Shown: piece by piece, positions 9,361-17,840 of the stretch
Layout of the letters: every line of letters starts with the position of its first letter
Numbering within the stretch: the first letter of the stretch is position 1
NCBI GenBank assembly: GCA_937931645.1
Contig: CALHAR010000006.1
Coordinates: forward strand, 6,585-70,584
DNA length: 64,000 nt
Direction of reading: 5' to 3'
From: an uncultured Alphaproteobacteria bacterium
Lineage (GTDB): Bacteria > Pseudomonadota > Alphaproteobacteria > Micavibrionales > Micavibrionaceae
The notes under the pieces: model-generated
Told to the model about the DNA's origin: nothing
Seen by the model: only the letters and a program-made list of their open reading frames with translations
Database searches by the model: none
Made by a program: the position numbers and the translations under genes

Positions 9361-10093
9361 TATAGACAGACAAACCCCCGCCTCCGCGGGGGTGACAGAG
9401 GATGTTGCTAAAACGACAACGCCAAAACCCCACCATACGGGTCATCGTGACCGCCTCCGTCAGAGGTTTTTGGATGCTCCCGACGCGCTACCTGATTATG
9501 AATTGCTTGAGCTACTCTTGTTCATGGCCATTCCCCGCAAAGATGTAAAACCCATTGCCAAGCAAATGATTGATCGGTTTAAAAATATAAATGGCGTGCT
9601 TAACGCGTCTTTGAACGATCTACAATCCATCAACGGTATCAGCCATAATTCCGCCATCGCCATCCGCGCTATCCGCGCCGCAGGGTTACGCCTGCTGAAA
9701 CAAAATATAATGGGTCGCCCTATTTTAAATAGTTGGCAACGCTTGATTGAATATGTTGAGGCCGCCATGGCCAATGAAACCCGCGAACATTTCCGCATTA
9801 TCTTTTTGAATAAAAAGAACGAAGTCATCGCCGATGAAATCCAACAGACAGGCACCGTTGACCACACCCCCGCCTATCCGCGTGAAATTATGAAACGTAG
9901 CCTAGAAGTCGGTGCCACCGCGCTTATCCTCGCCCATAACCACCCCAGCGGCGACGCCACACCATCACAGGCAGATATAACCCTCACCAAACAAATTATT
10001 GCCGCCGCCAAACCCTTTGATATCGTCATTCACGACCATTTGGTCATATCAAGAAACGGCACACAGAGTTTTAAGAGTTTAGGATTGATTTAA
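9341..10093 (+). CDS. radC: RadC-family JAB-domain protein
   Basis: GHRDRLRQRF N-terminal motif, an HhH region, and the JAMM motif LAHNHPSGDATPSQADI. The track start (9341) overlaps the GIY-YIG gene. An in-frame GTG at 9392, just after the hairpin, is an alternative start. Confidence 0.9.
   Translation: MKKSARNIDRQTPASAGVTEDVAKTTTPKPHHTGHRDRLRQRFLDAPDALPDYELLELLLFMAIPRKDVKPIAKQMIDRFKNINGVLNASLNDLQSINGISHNSAIAIRAIRAAGLRLLKQNIMGRPILNSWQRLIEYVEAAMANETREHFRIIFLNKKNEVIADEIQQTGTVDHTPAYPREIMKRSLEVGATALILAHNHPSGDATPSQADITLTKQIIAAAKPFDIVIHDHLVISRNGTQSFKSLGLI
9375..9392. repeat. GC-rich hairpin CCCCCGC-ctcc-GCGGGGG immediately after the GIY-YIG stop
   Basis: Perfect 7-bp stem with a 4-nt loop, the same architecture as the hairpin at 9031-9048. 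Confidence 0.8.
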
Positions 10094-11521
10094 TCACACC
10101 TTCTTATTCAAAAGACCAAATACCCCACATATAATTAATGGAATTGTTATCCCAGCGATAGAAGCCATAACAATTTGCATCTCATTACCAGTATTCGTTG
10201 CATAAGATATCCACGGAATACTAATCGCAAGTGAAAGCCCTATAGACCAAAAAACCGCTAACGCTGTTAACCTTTTCCAAAACAAAGCAAATATAATTGG
10301 GAAGAATAAAGCTGATGTTATAGCTCCACCAACTAAAAACGTTAGTATCATACTTGGTTCTAATAAAGAAATGCTAAGACCAATAACAGCCATTACTAAC
10401 ATAGTAATACGTGACGCCTTTAAAATACGTGTATCTTTAGCATCAGGAGAAATATAACGCTTATAAACATCAACCCCACCAAGGGAGCTAAGCGCACATA
10501 AAGCAGAATCAAGAGTTGAACATAGGCCTGCAAATGCCATAAATACGAATACATATAAGCCTGCCTTCGGTAATAGTTCTCCAATAACCATAGGGCCTAC
10601 CATTTCAGGATTATCAACAATAATAGACCCTTCGTTAGCAAGACTAACTCCCATAAAACCCAAAACTCCAAGCGTGATTGGTACTAAACCAAACAAAAGT
10701 CCTCCAAAAACAAACGTCTTAGTAATATCTTTTTCCTTTACAGCAAATGCGCGTTGTATAAACATCTGATCTGCCAACGGTCCTGTAATAAGAGTAATAG
10801 TCATAGGAATACCCATCGCAAACGCAACACCAGGGTGAAGTATATTTCTATGCTCCCCTGTTATTCCGCTTAATCCGTTTGAAATGAGGTTTTGTTCACC
10901 TGCAACACTAATGGCCCAAGGAACGATAATAAAGGCAAGCCCTATCACTATAAACATCTGCAATACATCAGTAAAAACAGATGCCTTAAGTCCACTCATA
11001 AGAGAGTATACAAGAGCAATAACCATCATAGCCGTAATAGCAGTCTTTGTTTCAATACCACTAATAGCATTAAGCATTGTGCCACCAGCATAAGCGTTGG
11101 CAATTAATGCAACGATCATTTGGAATGAAATAGCCAGTAAAAAAATCAAATGGGTACCTTTATTACCACCAAATCGTTCATATATAAATTGCGGTAAAGT
11201 ATAACCATGAGGCATTGTTTTACGAAGTTTAATAGCGACGGGAACAAACACAAAAAAACAAACAACATTAGGTAAAGTAAACCAGAAAAGCCCTGCCAAA
11301 CCAAAATTATATGCTTGCATAGAACAGACAAACAAAGCAGGGGCCCATACCCAACTAATAGCAATACTAAATGCTCCTTGCCACATTGGCACTTGTCTAT
11401 CTGCAACTAAGAATCCTTCTGTATATTGCTCCTTATTTGTCCTAAACCAAACAAGCGCAATCATCACCACGCCAAATATAGCCAACAGAGTAAGACCTTC
11501 ACTTTGCGTTAAAAAAGTCAT
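10094..11521 (-). CDS. sodium:solute symporter family (SSF) transporter
   Basis: 475 aa with about 13 TM helices and the N-terminal motif FLVADRQVPMWQGAFSIAISWVWAPALF. Confidence 0.7.
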   Translation of the reverse strand: MTFLTQSEGLTLLAIFGVVMIALVWFRTNKEQYTEGFLVADRQVPMWQGAFSIAISWVWAPALFVCSMQAYNFGLAGLFWFTLPNVVCFFVFVPVAIKLRKTMPHGYTLPQFIYERFGGNKGTHLIFLLAISFQMIVALIANAYAGGTMLNAISGIETKTAITAMMVIALVYSLMSGLKASVFTDVLQMFIVIGLAFIIVPWAISVAGEQNLISNGLSGITGEHRNILHPGVAFAMGIPMTITLITGPLADQMFIQRAFAVKEKDITKTFVFGGLLFGLVPITLGVLGFMGVSLANEGSIIVDNPEMVGPMVIGELLPKAGLYVFVFMAFAGLCSTLDSALCALSSLGGVDVYKRYISPDAKDTRILKASRITMLVMAVIGLSISLLEPSMILTFLVGGAITSALFFPIIFALFWKRLTALAVFWSIGLSLAISIPWISYATNTGNEMQIVMASIAGITIPLIICGVFGLLNKKV

Positions 11522-11592
11522 TATTTATCCCCTCGGTTAAGTCCTAATTACAATAAAATATTATATTTAAAGAATCCATAAAGCAACAACTA

Positions 11593-11618
11593 GATTGCCA
11601 CGCTACGCTCGCAATGAC
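11593..11618. repeat. REP-like palindromic element (gattgccacgctacgctcgcaatgac)
   Basis: Internal attgc/gcaat hairpin. Its end, ctcgcaatgac (11608-11618), is the exact reverse complement of gtcattgcgag at 11835-11845. Confidence 0.75.
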
Positions 11619-11620
11619 AG

Positions 11621-11650
11621 CTCCTCTGTGCCTTTATATCTCTGTGGTAA
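11621..11650. repeat. CTCTGTG/CACAGAG heptamer repeat pair
   Basis: In ctcCTCTGTGcctttatatCTCTGTGgtaa the heptamer occurs twice. The same heptamer occurs four times at 41127-41190. Confidence 0.6.
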
Positions 11651-11793
11651 AAAAACTTTAATAGAAATTTATGCCTAATCATGCTACACTCATTCCACTG
11701 TCCGCATCAAACAAAAGGCGGCACGGCTTGGCGGGAGACATCGTTAAGCAGATGGACGATGACACCAGTCATTCTTTGGTATCATTCCTTAAA

Positions 11794-11867
11794 CGTCACC
11801 CCTTAAGCGTCACTCCTTAAGCGTCATTTTAATCGTCATTGCGAGAAGCCAAGTGACGAAGCAATCC
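11794..11867. repeat. cgtca-family tandem repeats ending in a REP-like element
   Basis: The components are cgtcaccccttaag (11794-11807), cgtcactccttaag (11808-11821), cgtcattttaat (11822-11833), then cgtcattgcgagaagccaagtgacgaagcaatcc. Confidence 0.8.
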
Positions 11868-12239
11868 AGAAACGCCAAAGAAAGAACGCCAAAAAAAGCA
11901 AATGAGGGCGGTTCGATACCCCCCTCCCCCCAATTTCCGGTGAACAAACTGAGTAACTCTAATTTAGCAGTTAAATCAGCATGTTACAGACAGGGTTTTT
12001 AGCCTAAACGCTGTCAAAAGCTATGGATTGATGTGGTAAATCAGGTATATGAGGGTGGCATATTGGGTGAAGCGGTGCTAAAACATTCAGGAAATTATAA
12101 ATAGATACTGTTAATCCTGTTTTCGAGTGCTTGATTTTATTTCTTCAATAAGTACAAGTGACACTCGGTAGAGCCTCTACCTAAGGAATAGCTAAGGAAC
12201 GCAGTAACACCCTGAAGACAGAAAAGGACGCACCAGACA

Positions 12240-13547
12240 ATGATCCCAAGATATACCAGACCCGAAATGGCCGCAATTTTTGAGCCTGAAAACCGTTTTA
12301 AAATCTGGCTTGAGATTGAAACACTCGCTTGTGAGAAAATGGCTGAACTGGGTGTGATACCTGAGGCATGCCCAAAAGCCTTGCGCGAAAAAGGTGGCTT
12401 TGATGTTGCCCGCATTGATGAGATTGAGGCCGAGGTCAAGCATGACGTGATTGCTTTTTTAACATCCGTTGCCGAGCATATTGATGATCCCGATGCCTCA
12501 CGTTATGTGCACCAAGGAATGACCAGCTCTGATGTGGTTGATACTTGTTTTGCGTATCAGTTGACCCAAGCCGCTGATATTTTACTGGCTGATTTAGACA
12601 AGCTTTTGGCGGCGCTCAAAAAACGTGTTGAGGAACATAAAGAGACTTTATGTATCGGACGCTCGCACGGTATTCATGGGGAGCCGACAAGCTTTGGCCT
12701 AAAATTAGCTGGGCATTATGCGGCTTTCAAACGGGCGAAGACACGCTTGCTTGCCGCGCGGGAAGAAATCGCCGTATGCACAATCTCTGGCGCGGTTGGT
12801 ACATACGCAACAATCAATCCACAGGTGGAAGAATATGTGGCCGCGAAGTTAGGCTTGCGCCCTGAAACTGTCGCAACGCAGGTTATTCCCCGTGACCGTC
12901 ACGCAACTTTCTTTTGTACGCTCGGCGTTATTGCCAGCTCTATCGAGAACTTTGCGGTTGAGGTACGCCACCTGCAAAGAACAGAGGTTCGCGAAGCAGA
13001 AGAATTCTTTTCTAAAAATCAAAAAGGCTCATCTGCGATGCCGCATAAACGTAACCCAATCTCCAGCGAGAACCTCACTGGCTTGGCACGTTTAATCCGC
13101 GCAACCGTAACGCCAGCTTTAGAAAATGTTGCTCTTTGGCACGAACGCGACATCTCACATTCTTCCGTAGAACGCAACATCGGGCCTGATGCAACTGTTA
13201 CCCTAGATTTCGCATTACATCGCCTGACCAACGTGGTTGAAAATTTAATTGTTTATCCAGAAACAATGATGGAAAATTTAGAGAAAATGGGAGGTTTGGT
13301 TTTCTCCCAACGCGTTCTTCTCGCCCTAACACAGGCAGGAATCAGTCGCGAAGATGCTTACCGTATCGTACAACGTAATGCGATGAAGGTTTGGGAAAGC
13401 AAGGCCAAAACAACATTATTTGATGCGCTGACAACCGACAAAGATGTTACCGAAAAACTAAGCGAGGGTGACATTAAAGCGATTTTCGATTATAAAGCCT
13501 ATACGCGACATGTTGAATCTATTATTCATAGAGCCTTAAATACGTAA
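12240..13547 (+). CDS. purB: adenylosuccinate lyase
   Basis: 435 aa starting MIPRYTRPEM, with the fumarate-lyase signature SSAMPHKRNP. Confidence 0.95.
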   Translation: MIPRYTRPEMAAIFEPENRFKIWLEIETLACEKMAELGVIPEACPKALREKGGFDVARIDEIEAEVKHDVIAFLTSVAEHIDDPDASRYVHQGMTSSDVVDTCFAYQLTQAADILLADLDKLLAALKKRVEEHKETLCIGRSHGIHGEPTSFGLKLAGHYAAFKRAKTRLLAAREEIAVCTISGAVGTYATINPQVEEYVAAKLGLRPETVATQVIPRDRHATFFCTLGVIASSIENFAVEVRHLQRTEVREAEEFFSKNQKGSSAMPHKRNPISSENLTGLARLIRATVTPALENVALWHERDISHSSVERNIGPDATVTLDFALHRLTNVVENLIVYPETMMENLEKMGGLVFSQRVLLALTQAGISREDAYRIVQRNAMKVWESKAKTTLFDALTTDKDVTEKLSEGDIKAIFDYKAYTRHVESIIHRALNT

Positions 13548-13608
13548 CAAATACTAAAACATTAAAACACTCGATACTAAACAAAACATTATCAAAAGGA
13601 GCTAAGCC

Positions 13609-14097
13609 ATGAAAGGCGATAAAGAAGTTATTAAACATTTAAACATTGCATTAAAAGGTGAATTGACAGCGATTAATCAATATTTTCTTCATGCTAAAAT
13701 GCTCGAAGATTGGGGCGTTACAAAATTGGCCGCCCATGAAAAAGCAGAAAGTATAGAAGAGATGGTTCATGCTGAAAAAATTATTGACCGTATCTTGCTT
13801 CTTGAAGGTTTACCAAATTTGCAAGAGCTTGGAAAACTCTATATCGGACAAGATGTAAAAGAAGTGATCGAATGTGATATGAAGCTAGAGCAAGAAGGTA
13901 TCATAGACTATCGCGCAGGTATTAAAGCAGCAGAAGCGGCAGGAGATTACATCACATCAGAGTTATTAAAGACTATTCTAGCCGAAGAAGAAGAGCACCT
14001 TGACCATCAGGAAACACAGATTCAAATGATTGAAAATATGGGGCTTCAAAACTTCATCGCTCTCAACTCTGAAGGCCAAAATTCTACTGCAGAATAA
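13609..14097 (+). CDS. bfr: bacterioferritin
   Basis: Starts MKGDKEVIKHLNIALKGELTAINQYFLHAKM, with the ferroxidase residues and EEEHLD. AGGAG lies 7 nt upstream. Confidence 0.95.
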   Translation: MKGDKEVIKHLNIALKGELTAINQYFLHAKMLEDWGVTKLAAHEKAESIEEMVHAEKIIDRILLLEGLPNLQELGKLYIGQDVKEVIECDMKLEQEGIIDYRAGIKAAEAAGDYITSELLKTILAEEEEHLDHQETQIQMIENMGLQNFIALNSEGQNSTAE

Positions 14098-14477
14098 TGG
14101 TTAAACAATTAACTTTACTAATTGCCTGCCTTCTTACCGCATCATGCGCGGGAAACGTCAGCACAGCAAATGTCAATCATATGAGCTGTGGTGAAATGCT
14201 CGCAGAGATACAAACGCTCGAAACGCAAGTTGCCAATAGAACATCCACGTCAGAAGCAAGTAGAGCCATGGATACGGGAACCACTGTTGCCGCACAAGGG
14301 GCTTCAATAGCTGGCGTTCCGTATGTTGGTGCCGTTTTTAGTATTGGGAGAACGTTGTTTAATCATAACAAGCAATCTGCCGCGATCACCGCGCAACAGG
14401 CCGAACAACGACTGAGTGACCTACAATATCTCGCTTCTGATAAGAACTGCTATCTTACTGATTCTGAAGGCACTTAA
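14097..14477 (+). CDS. lipoprotein of unknown function
   Basis: Lipobox LLTASC-AG. The ATG overlaps the bfr stop (TAATG). Confidence 0.55.
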   Translation: MVKQLTLLIACLLTASCAGNVSTANVNHMSCGEMLAEIQTLETQVANRTSTSEASRAMDTGTTVAAQGASIAGVPYVGAVFSIGRTLFNHNKQSAAITAQQAEQRLSDLQYLASDKNCYLTDSEGT

Positions 14478-14564
14478 AGTTTCTAGTTGCGAATTATTCT
14501 TAATTGCAGTATAATTAAATGATAAAGAGAATTAATCTCATTACCGTTTAAAGGCAAAAAGACT

Positions 14565-14765
14565 ATGTATATTTGCGTATGCAACCCTTTTACAGACAAA
14601 GATCTTGATAGTGCGTTAAAAGACGATACGGTGAAGAATAACGCGTCTGCGGTGTATAAAGCTTGCTCTGGTGGTGAAAAACCATGCTGCGGCACCTGTA
14701 TTTGTGAGATTCGTGAGCGCATAAATGCTCATAATGCCGAGGCTATGCTTCTAGCGGCTGAATAA
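14565..14765 (+). CDS. bfd: bacterioferritin-associated ferredoxin (BFD-like [2Fe-2S] domain)
   Basis: 66 aa with MYICVCNPFTDKDL ... CCGTC, the four-Cys Bfd pattern. Confidence 0.8.
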   Translation: MYICVCNPFTDKDLDSALKDDTVKNNASAVYKACSGGEKPCCGTCICEIRERINAHNAEAMLLAAE

Positions 14766-14850
14766 CTTTTTTCCACCGCCTAATAGCCTTGCAATAGCCC
14801 TATTCCTATGGCAATTTCGACCCTCATACAAATTTATTAAGGATTATAAA

Positions 14851-15411
14851 ATGCTTAAAACTATCACTTTATTATTAGGGAGCTTACTCATCATGACCGC
14901 CACAACAACAACCGATGCTAAGGCCGCTGACCTTGCTCCAGAAAATACATTATTGCTTGATCTAAAAGACGGACAAGTCAAAATTAAACTTATGCCAGAC
15001 ATCGCGCCTAAGCATGTTGAGCGTATTAAGACACTTGCGGGTGAAGGTTTCTACGATGGTATCGTATGGCACCGCGTGATTGATGGCTTTATGGCACAAA
15101 CGGGTGACCCAACAGGAACAGGAACTGGTGGTTCTGAGCTACCAGATTTGGACGCTGAATTTAATGATTATAACTTTGGTCGCGGTACTATTGGCGCGGC
15201 GCGCTCTGCTTCACCGAATAGTGCAAACTCACAATGGTTTATTTGCTTTGATGATTGTAGCTTCCTAAACAACCAATACACCGTTTGGGGACAAGTGGTA
15301 GAAGGTATGGAACATGTTGATAACATCACACGTGGTGAACCACCAAAGAATCCGGATAAAATCGTAAAGTTGCGAGTTGCCGATACGGTGAAAGAAGAAA
15401 CAGCCGAGTAA
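14851..15411 (+). CDS. periplasmic cyclophilin-type peptidyl-prolyl cis-trans isomerase
   Basis: Signal peptide followed by the motifs FYDGIVWHRVIDGFMAQTGDPTGTGTGGS and NSQWFI. Confidence 0.9.
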   Translation: MLKTITLLLGSLLIMTATTTTDAKAADLAPENTLLLDLKDGQVKIKLMPDIAPKHVERIKTLAGEGFYDGIVWHRVIDGFMAQTGDPTGTGTGGSELPDLDAEFNDYNFGRGTIGAARSASPNSANSQWFICFDDCSFLNNQYTVWGQVVEGMEHVDNITRGEPPKNPDKIVKLRVADTVKEETAE

Positions 15412-15434
15412 CTTCAGCACGTAAACTAATATTT

Positions 15435-15470
15435 AAGGCGGTGCTTTGTAACAAAGGTGCCGCCTTTGTT
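15435..15470 (+). terminator. hairpin terminator after the PPIase gene
   Basis: AAGGCGG..CTTTG-taa-CAAAG..CCGCCTT followed by TGTT. It covers the GTG (15441) that the ORF track uses as the start of the next gene. Confidence 0.6.
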
Positions 15471-15488
15471 AATAGGGAAAGAAAGAAA

Positions 15489-16274
15489 ATGGAACTACCT
15501 ATCTATCAAGTTGATGCCTTTACATCAGAAGTGTTTAAAGGCAATCCTGCGGCTGTTGTACCATTGCAAGAATGGTTGCCCGACGAAGTTTTGCAAAATA
15601 TCGCAATAGAAAACAACTTATCTGAAACAGTGTTTTTTGTGCCAACGGAAAACAGTTTTCATATACGTTGGTTCACTCCAACAACAGAGGTTGATTTATG
15701 TGGTCATGCTACACTTGCAGCATCTTGGGTGATTTATAACAAACTTAGTTATAAAGAAGATTCCATTAGATATATCAGTCTATCTGGAGAGTTAATTGTA
15801 AAGGAAAATAATGGAAAGTTGACTTTAAATTTCCCAATCTGGCCGTATGAAAAAACTGATATTGATTTACGTGTTAGCGATGCTTTAGGAAGCCAGCCTA
15901 TAGAGTTGTATAAAGGGCAAGATTGGCTTGCTATTTACGAAAACCAAGAAACCATCAGGCATATGACTCCAGATATGGTGAAACTATCTGAAATATCTGA
16001 GTGCCGAGGTATTATTGTAACAGCACTAAGTAACGGTGATATTGACTTTGTTTCTCGTTGGTTTGGGCCAAATGTTGGCGTTCCCGAAGACCCTGTCACA
16101 GGTTCGGCGCATTGCACGTTAACTCCTTACTGGGCAAAGAAACTAGGTAAGAATAGTTTGAAAGCACAACAAGTATCACCACGTGGTGGAGATTTATCTT
16201 TAGAGTTAAAAGATGATCGTGTGTTTATTACAGGTAATGCAACCTTATACCTTCAAGGAAATATTTACATTTAA
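15489..16274 (+). CDS. PhzF-family isomerase
   Basis: Motifs are MELPIYQVDAFT..FKGNPAAVV, ETVFF, DLCGHATLA and PVTGSAHC. I prefer the ATG at 15489 because the track start lies inside the terminator hairpin. Confidence 0.85.
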   Translation: MELPIYQVDAFTSEVFKGNPAAVVPLQEWLPDEVLQNIAIENNLSETVFFVPTENSFHIRWFTPTTEVDLCGHATLAASWVIYNKLSYKEDSIRYISLSGELIVKENNGKLTLNFPIWPYEKTDIDLRVSDALGSQPIELYKGQDWLAIYENQETIRHMTPDMVKLSEISECRGIIVTALSNGDIDFVSRWFGPNVGVPEDPVTGSAHCTLTPYWAKKLGKNSLKAQQVSPRGGDLSLELKDDRVFITGNATLYLQGNIYI

Positions 16275-16284
16275 AAGTTTAGCT

Positions 16285-16950
16285 TTAAGAGTTTTCTTTT
16301 GCTGTATATTTCTTTTTAAACTTCGCGATTTCTTTTGTATCAGGGAGAAGTTTATTAATACTTACCATTAATTTGGTAACAAGCTTATCAATCTTCACAT
16401 CGTCTGTTAGAGGGTTAGAGGTTTCAAAACGAAACACCCCTTTTTCATCATCGAGTAAGATTAAATTATCAGAATTAGACAGCTTTAAGATATTGTTTAA
16501 AATAGCAATACGGTTATCGGTTAAATATAAATTTACCGCCTCTTTATTACGCGAGTAAATATGATTGGCTTTAGAGTTCCACTTATCATTTTCTAATGAG
16601 TGGGGACTAACAATCTCCATTGAGTTTAAAAATGGCAGCATTTCAGATGTGCCTGCGGCAAGAAAATCAATAAATGGTTTTCCTAAAACAAGTTGAATAA
16701 CGGTCAGTTGACGATTTTTTCGAGAATCTTCTTGTTCTTGTATCGCTGTAAAAAAGGAAACATTAAAGCCATCAATAGACCCTTCCATCGCACAAGGTCC
16801 TGACAATGTTCCTTTAGTAAAAACTAACCCTTTGCTCTTCGCATAAGCCGCCCATGCTCTCTTTTGCTTAAATAGAATAGTAAACGACCATATTGTCGTC
16901 CCCAATAGGATAGACGACAAAATAAACCATAAGAACCACCAAATTGACAA
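16285..16950 (-). CDS. hypothetical N-terminally membrane-anchored protein
   Basis: TTG start preceded by AGGAG 6 nt upstream. One N-terminal TM helix (IWWFLWFILSSILLGTTIWSFTILF). No motif recognised. Confidence 0.5.
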   Translation of the reverse strand: MSIWWFLWFILSSILLGTTIWSFTILFKQKRAWAAYAKSKGLVFTKGTLSGPCAMEGSIDGFNVSFFTAIQEQEDSRKNRQLTVIQLVLGKPFIDFLAAGTSEMLPFLNSMEIVSPHSLENDKWNSKANHIYSRNKEAVNLYLTDNRIAILNNILKLSNSDNLILLDDEKGVFRFETSNPLTDDVKIDKLVTKLMVSINKLLPDTKEIAKFKKKYTAKENS

Positions 16951-17251
16951 AAAAGACTCCTGAGTGTTTTTAAAAAACGAATTACTAATAACATTCTATC
17001 GCAGACAGGTATGAAAAGTCACTTTTTATCGTAATTTTCACCATAAAACTATTTAGACTAATAAATTATAGCTTCAAATAGTTAAAAATTAAGCATATGA
17101 AAAACAACACATAATTAAAATATTATGTAATTTTAAGAGGTTGAAACTTACGAAATTTGCTTTTTAAGGGACAAAAATGGAATCATTAAAACATAAGAGA
17201 TTAAGACCTATTTTTACTTAAACATGACTTGGGAAGAGAATTAGGAGAAAC

Positions 17252-17680
17252 ATGAAAAGAACTGAACCAACAAATGATAACCTCACATCACGTGTTATCA
17301 CAGGTTTAAAATCAGAATATAGAATCGTATCGCTCCCCTTTTGGGCATGGTTTTGGTTAGACGACTTTATGCAACAAAACCGTATCAGTTATCAAGGAAT
17401 GTTAGAAACATATGGCTGTAACGGCGACATCAATAATACATTACGTAACATCGCCGAACTCCACCAAGAACATTGTATGCGCGGCATACATAACCTAGCC
17501 AATGATAATAATTTTTTAGAAAACAAGAATAGCAAAGGAGCAACTTATATCAAAAGCTTAGACCATAGGACATATAATATGCCTAAGATTTATAAGTTAT
17601 TTGGCTTTATACCTTGCGTAACAACATTAGATTCCGTTTGGACAAGAAAGAATTATGATGAACACAACCAAGTTAATTAA
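17252..17680 (+). CDS. hypothetical protein, possibly with an RHH_4-like ribbon-helix-helix N-terminal region
   Basis: AGGAG SD 5 nt upstream. The segment RIVSLPFWAWFWLDDFMQQNRISYQGML...NNTLRNIA loosely follows the RHH_4 pattern (..SLe.eFW..l.eiA...g.S...L......nLs..iR). Confidence 0.45.
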   Translation: MKRTEPTNDNLTSRVITGLKSEYRIVSLPFWAWFWLDDFMQQNRISYQGMLETYGCNGDINNTLRNIAELHQEHCMRGIHNLANDNNFLENKNSKGATYIKSLDHRTYNMPKIYKLFGFIPCVTTLDSVWTRKNYDEHNQVN

Positions 17681-17766
17681 AATAAAACTGTCCAACACAC
17701 GGTTAATAAGAATTCATATACCGTTATGGAACACCTAGTTTAAGTTTATTTCTCCCCCCCACTAAG

Positions 17767-17800
17767 CGCCGCGCGGTCCTCCAACCGCCGGCGTTCTTTT
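17767..17800 (+). terminator. GC-rich rho-independent terminator
   Basis: CGCCG(c)GCGG-tcctccaa-CCGCCGGCG followed by TTCTTTT. Confidence 0.7.
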
Positions 17801-17804
17801 ATGA

Positions 17805-17833
17805 TTGATAGTTTACGGCAATATGCTTATCAT
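17805..17833 (+). promoter_or_regulatory. sigma70-like promoter abutting the ATG at 17841
   Basis: TTGATA (17805-17810), a 17-nt spacer, TGc-TATCAT (17825-17833), then 7 nt to the ATG. No SD. Confidence 0.55.
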
Positions 17834-17840
17834 TTTACCC

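Noticed and set aside
11904-11932. tRNA/tmRNA-like T-arm (gagGGCGGTTCGATACCCCCctccccccaa) in the large intergenic region
   Set aside because: The GGTTCGAT loop looks like a T-loop, but the 5-bp stem has a C-C mismatch. No matching 5' acceptor strand, D-arm or anticodon arm lies upstream. The 3' end cannot be placed so that U70 and CCA fit an alanine-accepting tmRNA. I could find no tag-peptide ORF (ANDN...) nearby. It may be a decayed fragment, so I am not calling it an RNA gene.
12137-12443. Two minus-strand ORFs (100 aa and 83 aa) overlapping the purB start
   Set aside because: They are antisense to the well-supported purB 5' end and have no motifs.
15441-15488. GTG start at 15441 for the PhzF-family gene
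   Set aside because: It lies inside the terminator hairpin of the upstream PPIase gene. The conserved PhzF N-terminus (MELPIYQVDAFT) begins at the ATG at 15489.
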